Positions 63,931 to 64,000 of a stretch of DNA of 64,000 nt are shown in pieces. The translations under genes and the position numbers were made by a program. The DNA is from Schmidtea polychroa (Eukaryota), in NCBI GenBank assembly GCA_044892525.1, contig CM097885.1, positions 235,786,001 to 235,850,000 on the forward strand, written 5' to 3'. Position 1 is the first letter of the stretch. Every line of letters begins with the position of its first letter. Under the pieces are notes generated by a model that had not been told where the DNA came from, made no database searches, and worked only from the letters and a program-made list of their open reading frames with translations.

Positions 63931-64000
63931 CAGTTAGAAGGTAATTGTTCGTCTTTATTTCAGGTTTCTAAGTCAATTTTTTAACTTTTATAAAGGCTAA

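Noticed and set aside
1-64000. rRNA, tRNA or snRNA genes
   Set aside because: No cloverleaf with A/B boxes and no rRNA/snRNA signature seen by eye; a tRNAscan/Infernal run would be needed to exclude them formally.

Overview
Very AT-rich eukaryotic (animal) genomic DNA with four N-gaps (20309-20475, 56318-56459, 59146-59312, 59381-59571). The base composition, 44-79 nt small introns and repeat content suggest a planarian-like flatworm; this is inference only. One host gene is well supported: COG3 (conserved oligomeric Golgi subunit 3), + strand, 15 traceable in-frame exons from 18276 to about 39705/39771, with TE-filled long introns. Almost everything else is nested transposon debris: a Penelope element with a hammerhead ribozyme, mariner/Tc1/pogo remnants, hAT and piggyBac elements and MITEs, a Polinton polymerase fragment, an RLE-clade non-LTR element and two decayed gypsy elements. 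The most unusual signal is a pair of long TGTTGG...CCAACA LTRs (a 1.9 kb solo LTR at 3910-5764 and a ~5.1 kb LTR at 51216-56315). They share a TATA / short exon / splice-donor layout and a ~140 nt covarying RNA-like structure near the same end. The large one also carries an intact 253-aa ORF whose ATG sits directly behind a splice acceptor, i.e. a candidate spliced gene inside an LTR. Other highlights: a PGBD3-like piggyBac in COG3 intron 9 with a splice acceptor in frame with COG3, a foldback MULE MITE that kept a FLYWCH-coding fragment, and a dispersed long-hairpin family. All calls were made by eye, without database searches.
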